Below, in pieces: positions 18,714 to 27,508 of a stretch of DNA of 64,000 nucleotides. The position numbers and the translations under genes are program-made. Location of the stretch: assembly GCA_902628045.1 (NCBI GenBank), contig CACOLU010000003.1, positions 14,039-78,038 on the forward strand, written 5' to 3'. Below the pieces are notes generated by a model, which saw only the letters and a program-made list of their open reading frames with translations, was not told the DNA's origin and did no database searches. Origin of the DNA: an uncultured Candidatus Actinomarina sp. Lineage in GTDB: Bacteria > Actinomycetota > Acidimicrobiia > Actinomarinales > Actinomarinaceae. Numbering within the stretch: the stretch's first letter is position 1; each line of letters begins with the position of its first letter.

Positions 18714-19570
18714 CTGAAAAAGTTGCAGTCATTGGCGGGGGGCAAATGGGCAGCCAAATAGCAGCATTAGCAGCAATGGCTGGTTACAAAACAAATATCT
18801 ATGACGAAAATAAAGAAAATCTAGAATATAGATACAAATTTGTTGAAGAAAATATCAGAAATTTAATAGACAAAAAAATATACTCTGAAGATAAATTAGA
18901 CTCCTACAAAGAAAATTTAGAACTCAATTATTCACTTGAGGAGGTAATAGAAGGAAAATCATTCGTAATTGAAGCTGTAATTGAAAGATTTGACGTAAAG
19001 CTTGAAATTTTTAAACTGATTTCCAAATTAATGAACGAAGACGTTGTAATGGCAACTAATAGTTCTTTTATTCAAGCTTCTGAAATTTCAAATCATTGTG
19101 ACCACCCAGAGAGGTTTATAAATATGCACTTCTTTTACCCACCAATAAGAATGGATTTAATTGAAATTTCATATCCTGTTGATGTATCAAAAAAAGTTTT
19201 AGAACGTACAAAAACTGTTAGTGAAAATATGGGAAGATCAATTGTAGTTCTCAAAAAGGAAACCCCAGGGTTTATTGTAAATAGGATGTTGGCAGCTTTA
19301 GTTGATGAAGCTTATGAACTTTATGATGAAGGAATTGCTGATTTTGAAGACATAGATCTTGCTATTAAAAAAGGATTAAATCATCCTTTGGGCCCATTTG
19401 AACTTTCAGATTATTCAGGATTAGATATACATTATTATGCAAAATTGAAAAAGTACGAAGAATCTGGCGATCCTAAAGATGAGCCTAAAACGTTCCTAAA
19501 AGAGAAAGTTTTAAAGGGTGATTTAGGAGTAAAAACTGGTAAAGGTTTTTACGATTACAAAGAAGACTAA
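18710..19570 (+). CDS. 3-hydroxyacyl-CoA (3-hydroxybutyryl-CoA) dehydrogenase
   Basis: 286 aa. VIGGGQMGSQIA Rossmann motif, plus PGFIVNRM and HPLGPFEL C-terminal domain motifs. ATGA overlap with the upstream ACAD gene. Confidence 0.9.
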   Translation: MTEKVAVIGGGQMGSQIAALAAMAGYKTNIYDENKENLEYRYKFVEENIRNLIDKKIYSEDKLDSYKENLELNYSLEEVIEGKSFVIEAVIERFDVKLEIFKLISKLMNEDVVMATNSSFIQASEISNHCDHPERFINMHFFYPPIRMDLIEISYPVDVSKKVLERTKTVSENMGRSIVVLKKETPGFIVNRMLAALVDEAYELYDEGIADFEDIDLAIKKGLNHPLGPFELSDYSGLDIHYYAKLKKYEESGDPKDEPKTFLKEKVLKGDLGVKTGKGFYDYKED

Positions 19571-19571
19571 A

Positions 19572-19982
19572 TTATTCGAAATCTTCGTCTTTTAGATTAA
19601 AGATTACTTCCTTTTTAGGTTTTATTACCAATATAATTCTTTCGGTTTGTACAGGAAATGGATAAGGCTTTTCCCAATATTTTTGAGATAATTTATCAAT
19701 ATTATCTCTAGCTTCTTTTCCCGAAATTTCTCTAACTACCTCACCTCTTATTTCAACAAATTTAAATGGGTCATCATGTTTCCAAATCATAACTGTCACT
19801 CTCGGATCTTTTAAAACATTTTTGTATTTGAACCTGTGAATCTCCGTATTAATTAAAATATTTTCACCATCTGTATCAACCCACATCACATGAGTTTGAG
19901 GTACACCATTTTGAAATAAAGTTGTTAATGCTGCATAATTTGGACCAGATGCCATTTGAATGGTTTTATTGTCTAACTTCAT
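19572..19982 (-). CDS. PPOX-class (pyridoxamine-5-phosphate-oxidase-fold) probable F420-dependent enzyme
   Basis: 136 aa split-barrel pattern (AALTTLFQNGVPQTHVMWV ... DPRVTVMIW ... VEIRGEV), typical of actinobacterial F420-dependent PPOX-class proteins. Confidence 0.6.
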   Translation of the reverse strand: MKLDNKTIQMASGPNYAALTTLFQNGVPQTHVMWVDTDGENILINTEIHRFKYKNVLKDPRVTVMIWKHDDPFKFVEIRGEVVREISGKEARDNIDKLSQKYWEKPYPFPVQTERIILVIKPKKEVIFNLKDEDFE

Positions 19983-19999
19983 CTGTTAAATTATAGTTT

Positions 20000-20464
20000 A
20001 TGAAAGTTGTTTTGCAGAGAGTTAAAAGTGCATATGTAAAAGTTGGATCAAGTATTGTCTCAGAAATTGATAAGGGTTATTTACTTTTATGGGGTATCGA
20101 GGAATCAGATTCTGAAGTAGAAAGTAAAATTTTAATTAATAAAATTTTAAATTTAAGAATTTTCTCTGACGAAAATTTGAAAATGAATAAATCAATAATT
20201 GATGTCTCTGGGGAAATACTAATTGTAAGTCAATTCACATTAGCTGGAAAACTTTTGAAAGGGAACAGACCTTCGTTTGTAAATGCAAAATCTCCAGAAA
20301 TAGCTGAAAACATGATTTCCAATATTGTTGAAGAATTTTCTAAGCATATAACTGTAAGATCAGGGAGTTTCGGTGCCATGATGGATGTGGGTTTAGTCAA
20401 CGATGGGCCATCAACTTTTGTATTGTCTGCTAAAAATGGAAAATTAATTGATCAAGCAGACTGA
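20000..20464 (+). CDS. dtd: D-aminoacyl-tRNA deacylase
   Basis: 154 aa. MKVVLQRV N-terminus, SQFTLAG, and GAMMDVGLVNDGPSTF C-terminal motif. Confidence 0.9.
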   Translation: MKVVLQRVKSAYVKVGSSIVSEIDKGYLLLWGIEESDSEVESKILINKILNLRIFSDENLKMNKSIIDVSGEILIVSQFTLAGKLLKGNRPSFVNAKSPEIAENMISNIVEEFSKHITVRSGSFGAMMDVGLVNDGPSTFVLSAKNGKLIDQAD

Positions 20465-20880
20465 AGTTTAGCTTTTTTTCCTATTTCTTTTTTGTCTAGC
20501 TGCTTATCAAGATAATATTCTTCTCCAGCCCATAAATGTAGTCCAAGCCCAAGTTTCATAGCACATCTTTTGAAAGAATCTGATTCTGCGTGTTTTGCGT
20601 TACTTCCATCATTTTTTTGATCGTGCTCCACGTCGCCGATAGATGTTACAGTAACTAATTTACCATCTATTTCAACAGTTAATTTTCCAAAGCAACCAAC
20701 AACTGCTCCAGTATTTTCTTGTCGAATTAATTCAACAACTTCCCAATCAAATGGACCGCAAACTTCTAGAAGGCGTTGTGTAATTACTGAATGTGGCACA
20801 TAATTTCCAAACTTACCTTTGGGCGCTTTTTTGATCCAATCTTTTGGAAATTTTCTTGATAGTTCATATAATTGTTTCAT
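20452..20880 (-). CDS. Rad52/Rad22-family single-strand annealing protein (Sak/DdrA-like)
   Basis: By eye it aligns to the Rad52 N-terminal core: YVPHSVITQRLLEVCGPFDWEV vs [22 protein letters not shown], beta-hairpin GAVVGCFGKLTVEIDGK, and AESDSFKRCAMKLGLGLHLW vs [21 protein letters not shown]. The start is set at the ATG that forms an ATGA overlap with the upstream stop (20877-20880). Confidence 0.7.
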   Translation of the reverse strand: MKQLYELSRKFPKDWIKKAPKGKFGNYVPHSVITQRLLEVCGPFDWEVVELIRQENTGAVVGCFGKLTVEIDGKLVTVTSIGDVEHDQKNDGSNAKHAESDSFKRCAMKLGLGLHLWAGEEYYLDKQLDKKEIGKKAKLQSA

Positions 20881-21398
20881 TTTCTTCTCTCCATTTCTTT
20901 CAAATTTTTTGCCCACACTGGTGCAGCATCATTGCTTGTTTGAATAACTTGTAATCTTGGTTCCTCATCCCAAACTTTCTCTATAAAAGTATCTCTTGCT
21001 AATTGCTTATCCATTCCTTTTTTTTCTGCAACTGCATCCAGCCCTCGTAGTTTTGGAACAGAAGCTGTTCCAAAAAGTGCTACTAAGTTTTCAATATCAT
21101 CTTCTGAGAGTTTTTTTCTTGTAGCCCAGTCAATCAATCTCTTTAAATCGATAGTTTTTGATTTATAACTTTTAGAGTAATTAAAAACAGTATCAGATAT
21201 TTTTATTGCTCCTTTTTCTTGAACATCGTGAGCAATCTTATTATCAACAAATTTATTTATTTTATAAGTACTATCTTTTGCCTCTAGAGAGACCCCTCTT
21301 GCAATAAATAATTCATCAGGTTCTTTAATTGTGTGCAATTCAGTGTTTTCTAAAGTTTCTTCACCACTTTTGGCAATATCCCAGATCAAATCTTTCAT
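20877..21398 (-). CDS. Hypothetical protein, translationally coupled partner of the Rad52-like annealase
   Basis: 173 aa intact ORF with an AGGAAA RBS 6 nt upstream. No motif I can assign. It has a short RGLDAV segment, and its size is faintly reminiscent of Mu Gam-type end-binding proteins, but that is unsupported. Confidence 0.5.
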   Translation of the reverse strand: MKDLIWDIAKSGEETLENTELHTIKEPDELFIARGVSLEAKDSTYKINKFVDNKIAHDVQEKGAIKISDTVFNYSKSYKSKTIDLKRLIDWATRKKLSEDDIENLVALFGTASVPKLRGLDAVAEKKGMDKQLARDTFIEKVWDEEPRLQVIQTSNDAAPVWAKNLKEMERRK

Positions 21399-21413
21399 AT
21401 ATTTTCCTATAAC

Positions 21414-21530
21414 TTATGCTGCTTCATCATATACTGTATGACAATCGCATCGGTCATTGTGGTCTAGGCAAATAAAGTTCGCTTTGATCCCAGATATTTC
21501 AAGTAATTTAATTATTTCCTTTTCTTTCAT
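21414..21530 (-). CDS. Small Cys/His-rich ORF (38 aa), first gene of the Rad52-like cassette
   Basis: Hand translation gives MKEKEIIKLLEISGIKANFICLDHNDRCDCHTVYDEAA. It ends 15 nt before the next gene on the same strand. The CxxH-x3-CxCH pattern could bind zinc. Confidence 0.35.
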   Translation of the reverse strand: MKEKEIIKLLEISGIKANFICLDHNDRCDCHTVYDEAA

Positions 21531-21610
21531 AATTTATAATTTAGAAATGCAGTGTGACAAAAAAAATAAAATAACAATCTTTCTAACAAAAACCCATATA
21601 TGATGAGCTT

Positions 21611-22876
21611 GTGATAGTTGAAAATAATCTCTTTGACTCACATATGTATAAAGAAGTCATTGCACAGTATGACGAAGTTTCTGATTTAATTAATCTTGAC
21701 TCCAATATAAAAGAGAGACTTAAATTACCTCAAAGATCTCTAGTAGTAACTTTTCCATTTAGAAGAGATGAATATGATGAGGTTGAGACGGTAACTGGAT
21801 ATAGAGTTCAACATGTTTTATCAATGGGCCCTACTAAAGGTGGTATTCGGTATGCACCAGATGTAAATCTAGGTGAAGTTACAGCCCTAGCTATTCTTAT
21901 GTCTTGGAAGTCTGCAATTGTAGGGTTACCTTATGGTGGTGCAAAAGGTGGTGTAGCGATAGACCCAAAACCTTTGACTCGAGCTGAAAAGCAACGAGTT
22001 ACAAGAAGGTATACAGCTGAATTATTACCAATTATTGGCGTTGATAAAGATATACCCGCTCCTGATCTAGGTACAGATGAGCAAACAATGGCATGGATAA
22101 TGGACACTTATAGTAACTTTGTTGGCTCACCACAGCCTGGAATAGTGACTGGAAAACCCGTTTCTCTTGGTGGCTCAATAACTAGACGAGAATCAACAGG
22201 TAGGGGTGCAGTTGCTGTTGGTCAAGCAGCTATGGAAAAAATAGGTAAAAGTTATAAAGATTCAAGAGTCGTAATTCAAGGATTTGGAAATGTTGGTAGG
22301 TTTGCAGCTTTAGATTCATATGAAAGAGGAGCAAAAGTTATAGCAGTAAACGATTTAGGTGGTGCTGTAATAAATAATAATGGTCTTAACATCCCTGAAC
22401 TTTTTAAACATATTGCCAAAAGCCAATCGGTTAAAGGATTTTCAGGTGGAGAGGAATATGATGGGGAAATCCTTGAAGTTGATTGCGATGTTTTAATACC
22501 TGCAGCTATTGGAGGAGTTCTTACCTCTAGCAATGCTGATAAAATTAAAGCTAATGTAGTAATCGAAGGTGCTAATTCTCCTACAACAACAAATGCAGAT
22601 AAAATCTTAAGAGAAAATGGCATAATGCTTATTCCAGATATTCTTGCTAATGCCGGCGGAATTACTGCAAGCTACTTTGAGTGGGTACAAAATACACAGA
22701 ATTATTTATGGAAAGAAAAAGAACTTCAAGAAAAATTGATTGACGTTATGCTGACTGCTTTCGAAGAAGTTTGGACAATTTCACAAAAACAAAATTGCGA
22801 TTTACGTACAGCCGCACTTATCAAAGGCATTAAAAGAGTAGCTGCAGCAAAATTGACTAGAGGTTTATTTCCCTAA
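21611..22876 (+). CDS. gdhA: NAD(P)-specific glutamate dehydrogenase
   Basis: 421 aa. Motifs KGGIRY, GLPYGGAKGG and GFGNVG. GTG start. Confidence 0.95.
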   Translation: MIVENNLFDSHMYKEVIAQYDEVSDLINLDSNIKERLKLPQRSLVVTFPFRRDEYDEVETVTGYRVQHVLSMGPTKGGIRYAPDVNLGEVTALAILMSWKSAIVGLPYGGAKGGVAIDPKPLTRAEKQRVTRRYTAELLPIIGVDKDIPAPDLGTDEQTMAWIMDTYSNFVGSPQPGIVTGKPVSLGGSITRRESTGRGAVAVGQAAMEKIGKSYKDSRVVIQGFGNVGRFAALDSYERGAKVIAVNDLGGAVINNNGLNIPELFKHIAKSQSVKGFSGGEEYDGEILEVDCDVLIPAAIGGVLTSSNADKIKANVVIEGANSPTTTNADKILRENGIMLIPDILANAGGITASYFEWVQNTQNYLWKEKELQEKLIDVMLTAFEEVWTISQKQNCDLRTAALIKGIKRVAAAKLTRGLFP

Positions 22877-23836
22877 TAGTTCTTCTATTTCAGACTGAAT
22901 AGTGACTTTTTTTTCTTCTAATTCTGATATCTGTAACTTAATATTTTTTTTACCGTTATTTCCAATTGGACTTCCTTTAGGAAGCTCATTCTCATTTTTA
23001 AACATATCTAAAACTTGAAATTCTTCTTCTAGTTCTATAATTGCTTCATTAATAATCCTTAGTTCCTCGGTGCTAGGGGGGTTCTCATTAAATTCTGGAC
23101 ATATTGGTTTGTAGTAACACCAATCACAGAGATTATTTTTTACTGCTGGGAATTTATTTTCTTTATATGCTTTTTTAATATTGGTCCATATTTCTAATAT
23201 TTCTCTTCTTGCAGTGTTTAAATCTTCTTCATTAATTTTTAAAGTATGAATCGTCGAATTCTTTAGATAAATTAATTTCAATTCTGCAGGCATTTCACCA
23301 AGCTCTTCTTTTATTAAAAGCGCGTAGAGTTTTAAAGCAAAAAATCTTGGTTCTTTATATTTAGCCATAGGCGCTTTCCCACTTTTGTAATCAACAATAA
23401 TAAGTTCTCCATTTCTGTTCCTATCCATCCTGTCTAGAATGCCTCTTAAATTTAAATCTTCAATACTTCCTCTTACCCAACGTTCACGTTCTAATGGATT
23501 AAAGGTTGTTGGATCTTCTATTGTCATGTAATTATTTAATAATTTAAGTCCATCTATACCCCAGTCTCTTTCTTCTTCAACAGATGAAAAGAGATTATGA
23601 TGCTCGTCCGTTCCTCTTACTTTGGTCCAAGCATCTCTAAACAAATCATGTAGTTTTTCAATACTTCTCTCGTCCTGAGGTAAGTCAAATAAATCTTCTA
23701 ATGCTTGATGAACAGTTGTACCTTTTGCTTGAACCTCATTTGTTGGTTCCTTTAATTTATCTACGTTTGCATATTTAAACTGTTGAGGGCATGTTTTAAA
23801 CTGTGACGCTCTTGAAGGTGATAAATTTTTAATCAT
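22865..23836 (-). CDS. PD-(D/E)XK nuclease with Cas4/AddB-like Fe-S cysteines and a C-terminal coiled-coil tail
   Basis: GILDRMD ... LIIVDYKSGK nuclease motifs. One N-terminal Cys (FKTCPQQ) plus C-terminal CDWCYYKPIC give the Cys4 pattern of RecB-family Fe-S nucleases. The last ~70 aa are E/K/L-rich. Confidence 0.75.
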   Translation of the reverse strand: MIKNLSPSRASQFKTCPQQFKYANVDKLKEPTNEVQAKGTTVHQALEDLFDLPQDERSIEKLHDLFRDAWTKVRGTDEHHNLFSSVEEERDWGIDGLKLLNNYMTIEDPTTFNPLERERWVRGSIEDLNLRGILDRMDRNRNGELIIVDYKSGKAPMAKYKEPRFFALKLYALLIKEELGEMPAELKLIYLKNSTIHTLKINEEDLNTARREILEIWTNIKKAYKENKFPAVKNNLCDWCYYKPICPEFNENPPSTEELRIINEAIIELEEEFQVLDMFKNENELPKGSPIGNNGKKNIKLQISELEEKKVTIQSEIEELLGK

Positions 23837-23882
23837 GTCTAAATTATATATATATTAAATGACAAAATTGTAAAATGTGTTT

Positions 23883-23996
23883 GTGAGTAAGTTTATTAAA
23901 ATTCTGCAAATTATTGGAATCATCACTTTTGTAATGTATTTTGTGATTGGCATGCTATATAACTCATTTAGTTGGTTTAATTATCTACTTAATTGA
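23883..23996 (+). CDS. Possible small hydrophobic peptide (37 aa) upstream of ino1
   Basis: GTG-initiated ORF translating to SKFIKILQIIGIITFVMYFVIGMLYNSFSWFNYLLN after the initiator. It lies in the only long (200 bp) intergenic gap in this region. No RBS seen. Confidence 0.2.
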   Translation: MSKFIKILQIIGIITFVMYFVIGMLYNSFSWFNYLLN

Positions 23997-24037
23997 TCTT
24001 TTAAAAATATAAAACTCACTCTTGCTAAAGTAAAAAA

Positions 24038-25111
24038 ATGGAAAATAACATAAAAGTTGCAATATTGGGTGTGGGCAATTGTGCCAGCTCATTTGTTCAA
24101 GGAATCGAGCATTACAGTAATTCTGATAATGAAGATGGTCTTATCTCTGACATCATTGGAGGTTATAAGGTTTCTAATATTGAAGTAGTAGCGGCATATG
24201 ATATTAATACTTCAAAAGTTGGTAAAGATTTAAGTGAAGCTATATTTGCAGAACCAAACAACACAATTAAGTTTTGTGATGTATCAAAAACGGGTGTAAT
24301 AGTTGAGCCGGGGGTAGTGAATGATGGTGTTGGAAAATTTGTTAAAGATATTATCACAACTTCACCTGACTCAGAGAATTTTGAAGGTTCTTTAAAAGAT
24401 TCAGGTGCAGAAATACTAATTAACTTACTACCAGTAGGATCTGACGAGGCAGTAAAATTCTACGCTCAATCCGCTATTAATGTCGGTGTAGGGTTTATTA
24501 ATTGTATTCCTGTTTTTATAGCTAGAGATAAAGAATGGTATCAAAAGTTTAAAGATGCTGGAGTACCACTAATCGGCGATGATATTAAAAGCCAAGTTGG
24601 AGCAACAATTGTTCATAGAGTTTTAGCGCAATTATTTTCTGATAGAGGAGTCAATCTTGAAAACACTTATCAACTTAATGTTGGTGGGAATATGGACTTT
24701 CTCAATATGCTTGAAGAAGACCGTCTGGAAACAAAAAGAACAAGCAAAACTTCTTCTGTTACATCTGTAGCTAATAAAGGGAAAGGTATATCACCTGATA
24801 ATGTAAGGATTGGACCTTCTGACTATGTAAGGTGGTTGGAAGATAGAAAAAAAGCATTTATAAGACTTGAAGGAAAAGGTTTTGGAGGGGCACCACTTAA
24901 TTTAGAAGTTCAATTAGAAGTTTGGGATTCACCAAATAGCGCAGGAGTAACGATTGATGCAGTCAGGTATATGAAGTTTTTCAAAGAAAAAAATGATCTA
25001 GATTCTCTAGATTTAGTTTCAGCTTGGTTAATGAAAGCTCCATTTAAGCCTGTAAAAGATGGAGATGTATTAAGGCAGCTTCATGAGCTTACTCATGTTG
25101 AATCTGATTAA
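24038..25111 (+). CDS. ino1: myo-Inositol-3-phosphate synthase
   Basis: 357 aa. VAILGVGNCASSFVQGI N-terminus and overall match to the actinobacterial/archaeal short MIPS type. Confidence 0.9.
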   Translation: MENNIKVAILGVGNCASSFVQGIEHYSNSDNEDGLISDIIGGYKVSNIEVVAAYDINTSKVGKDLSEAIFAEPNNTIKFCDVSKTGVIVEPGVVNDGVGKFVKDIITTSPDSENFEGSLKDSGAEILINLLPVGSDEAVKFYAQSAINVGVGFINCIPVFIARDKEWYQKFKDAGVPLIGDDIKSQVGATIVHRVLAQLFSDRGVNLENTYQLNVGGNMDFLNMLEEDRLETKRTSKTSSVTSVANKGKGISPDNVRIGPSDYVRWLEDRKKAFIRLEGKGFGGAPLNLEVQLEVWDSPNSAGVTIDAVRYMKFFKEKNDLDSLDLVSAWLMKAPFKPVKDGDVLRQLHELTHVESD

Positions 25112-26370
25112 ATCAAAGATTCACTGAAAATTTCTAAAGCTTCTTCTACCTGATTAATTGGTGTAGTTAAAGGACCCATAAACCTAATAACATTCCCAAA
25201 CTCACCACAAGAAACAAGAAGTAAACCTTTTTCCTTACATTTGGTAATAATTTTTTGAGTTTTTTCTTTATCAGGAGTTTTAGATTCTTTATCATTTACA
25301 ATTTCTACACCAATCATTGGACCGTAACCTCTCACATCCCCAACAAAATTAAATTCATTCAATAAGTTTGATAGAACTTTGTTCATTATTTTTGCTTGCT
25401 TGTTTGCATTTTTTAAAATGTTTTCATTATCAAACGCATCTAGTACTCCTAATGCCGCAGCACAGGATATAGGTGAGGCACCAAAAGTACTTCCAATACC
25501 AGAGTCATGAATCGAATCCATAATTTCTGATTTACCTAAAACTGCAGCTAGAGGAAAACCACCTGCAATTCCTTTGGCCAATGTAACCATGTCTGGGACT
25601 ACTCCCACTGTTTCTGCACCGAACATATTTCCTGTTCGTCCATATCCTGTTTGCACTTCGTCAAAAATTAATAAGATATTATGTTTGTCACAAATATCTC
25701 TGAGTTGCGATAAAAAATAACTTGAAGCTGGAATATACCCTCCTTCCCCAAGTTCTACTTCAATCACAATTGCTGCTGTGTCATTTGGATCAAGAGTATT
25801 GTTAAATACTTCATTGACGCTCAGCAATGCATCTTCATCTGAAATATCTCTGTAGCTGTATGGGTAAATAGCATGTTTAACAAATTCGGGAAATGGTCCA
25901 AATCCTTCTTTATAAGGCTTGTCTTTTCCGGTCAACCCCATTGCAAGATAAGTTCTTCCGTGGAAACCACCTTTAAAAGATAAAATTGCTTTTTTGTTTG
26001 TAAAATATCTTGCAATCTTAACTGCATTTTCTACGGCCTCAGCACCGCTATTAACCATAAAAGTTTTAGTTTCAGTGTCTATTGGATATCTTTTATTAAG
26101 TTCTTCGGATAGTTTTACAGCATTTTCATGTGGTGCAAACGCAAAACATGAATGTGAAAAGTTATCAAGCTGATTTTTGACTCTATCGACAACTCTTGGA
26201 TGAAGATGGCCAGTGTTTAAAACAGCGTATCCTCCAACATAATCTAAATATCGATTACCTTCGGAATCCCATATTTCAGCATTTTTACCCTTAACAATAA
26301 AATTTTCTAAGGTGCTATACCAGGCACTTGGGACATTCGATTGTATTTGATCATTTTGAATGTAAACCAT
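25108..26370 (-). CDS. Class III PLP aminotransferase (4-aminobutyrate aminotransferase-like)
   Basis: 420 aa. Motifs GGFHGRT, LIFDEVQTGYGRTG and TLAKGIAGGFP (PLP lysine). Confidence 0.8.
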   Translation of the reverse strand: MVYIQNDQIQSNVPSAWYSTLENFIVKGKNAEIWDSEGNRYLDYVGGYAVLNTGHLHPRVVDRVKNQLDNFSHSCFAFAPHENAVKLSEELNKRYPIDTETKTFMVNSGAEAVENAVKIARYFTNKKAILSFKGGFHGRTYLAMGLTGKDKPYKEGFGPFPEFVKHAIYPYSYRDISDEDALLSVNEVFNNTLDPNDTAAIVIEVELGEGGYIPASSYFLSQLRDICDKHNILLIFDEVQTGYGRTGNMFGAETVGVVPDMVTLAKGIAGGFPLAAVLGKSEIMDSIHDSGIGSTFGASPISCAAALGVLDAFDNENILKNANKQAKIMNKVLSNLLNEFNFVGDVRGYGPMIGVEIVNDKESKTPDKEKTQKIITKCKEKGLLLVSCGEFGNVIRFMGPLTTPINQVEEALEIFSESLI

Positions 26371-26432
26371 TATTAATTCACTGTAACTGAATAATTATTA
26401 ATACTCAATTTTGTAACCACTAAAATAAAACC

Positions 26433-26801
26433 ATGGATTTTTATTTTTTAGAATTACCCTCATATATAAGCCTTTCTATTTGTGGTTTAGTTGGTTTATT
26501 TTTGCTCGTAATACATTTAGGTAAGTATAAAGTAAAATTAAAAGTTACTAATTCATTAATACTATTTGCATTAATTTCAGTACTTTTACAAGTCTTGTTT
26601 GTTGTTTATTATTCACAAAATAATGAAATAGGGTCCTTCAGTCTTTTCTATAATATTGTCAATCTTTTTGTTTTGACATTTCTTTATATTTATAGGAATG
26701 AAATGGAATTGAATTATTATCTTTACTGGTCATTTGCGTTACTCTTTTTAATGGGAATGGAAATCAGAGCAATACAGACACTAGGTATGGGACTAAATTA
26801 A
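26433..26801 (+). CDS. Hypothetical 4-TM membrane protein
   Basis: 122 aa, four hydrophobic segments. Its stop overlaps the next start (TAATG). Confidence 0.55.
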   Translation: MDFYFLELPSYISLSICGLVGLFLLVIHLGKYKVKLKVTNSLILFALISVLLQVLFVVYYSQNNEIGSFSLFYNIVNLFVLTFLYIYRNEMELNYYLYWSFALLFLMGMEIRAIQTLGMGLN

Positions 26802-27508
26802 TGGGCTACAAGATTTTAAGTGATGACCTAACATTTGCCAACGTAAATTCCGATTCTCCAAAAGTTTGCTTTTTGCATGGATGGGGAACAAGTGGAAAAG
26901 ATTTTAGTAAAATTGATCCTTATTTTGAATCTATAACAATTGACATCCCGGGTTTTGGTAAGTCTGTTCCTTTTACAATTAGTTTCTCACCAAAGAAATA
27001 TGCAGAGTATCTTTATAAATTAATTCCTGATTCAGTTGAGATAGTTGTTGGCCATTCATTTGGAGGAAGGATTGCTGCTCATTTATCACAGCTCAAAAAC
27101 TATGAAAAAATAGTTATTATTGCTTCACCACTGATAAAAATTAAAAATTCAAAGAAAAGCATTTCTTTTTTCAATATTTTTAAATTTATGAATAAGTTAA
27201 ATTTACTAAGTGACAACAGACTTGACTCAATGAGAAATAAATATGGTTCTGAAGATTATAGAAAAGCCTCCAAAGTATTAAAAGATACATTAGTTATGGC
27301 CGTAAATGACGATCTGTCATCTATTCTTCCATCAATCAATACAAAAGTTGAATTAATTTATGGTCAAGATGATTTGGTAGTACCAGTAAAAGTAGGTCTT
27401 GATTCAAATAATATAATTCCTAATTCTGAATTAACTATAATTCCGAATGAAGGTCACAATATGCTAAGAAGTAGTTCAAAGAAAATAGTTGAGATTATTT
27501 TAAGATGA
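26801..27508 (+). CDS. Alpha/beta-fold hydrolase
   Basis: 235 aa. HGWG oxyanion region, nucleophile elbow GHSFGG, late Asp (QDD) and His (EGHNM). Confidence 0.8.
   Translation: MGYKILSDDLTFANVNSDSPKVCFLHGWGTSGKDFSKIDPYFESITIDIPGFGKSVPFTISFSPKKYAEYLYKLIPDSVEIVVGHSFGGRIAAHLSQLKNYEKIVIIASPLIKIKNSKKSISFFNIFKFMNKLNLLSDNRLDSMRNKYGSEDYRKASKVLKDTLVMAVNDDLSSILPSINTKVELIYGQDDLVVPVKVGLDSNNIIPNSELTIIPNEGHNMLRSSSKKIVEIILR

Noticed and set aside
20452-23836. An intact or cryptic prophage around the Rad52-like gene.
   Set aside because: Only about 1.1 kb of candidate phage-like genes are present. There are no capsid, tail, lysis, integrase or repressor genes, and the flanks overlap housekeeping genes (dtd, gdh).
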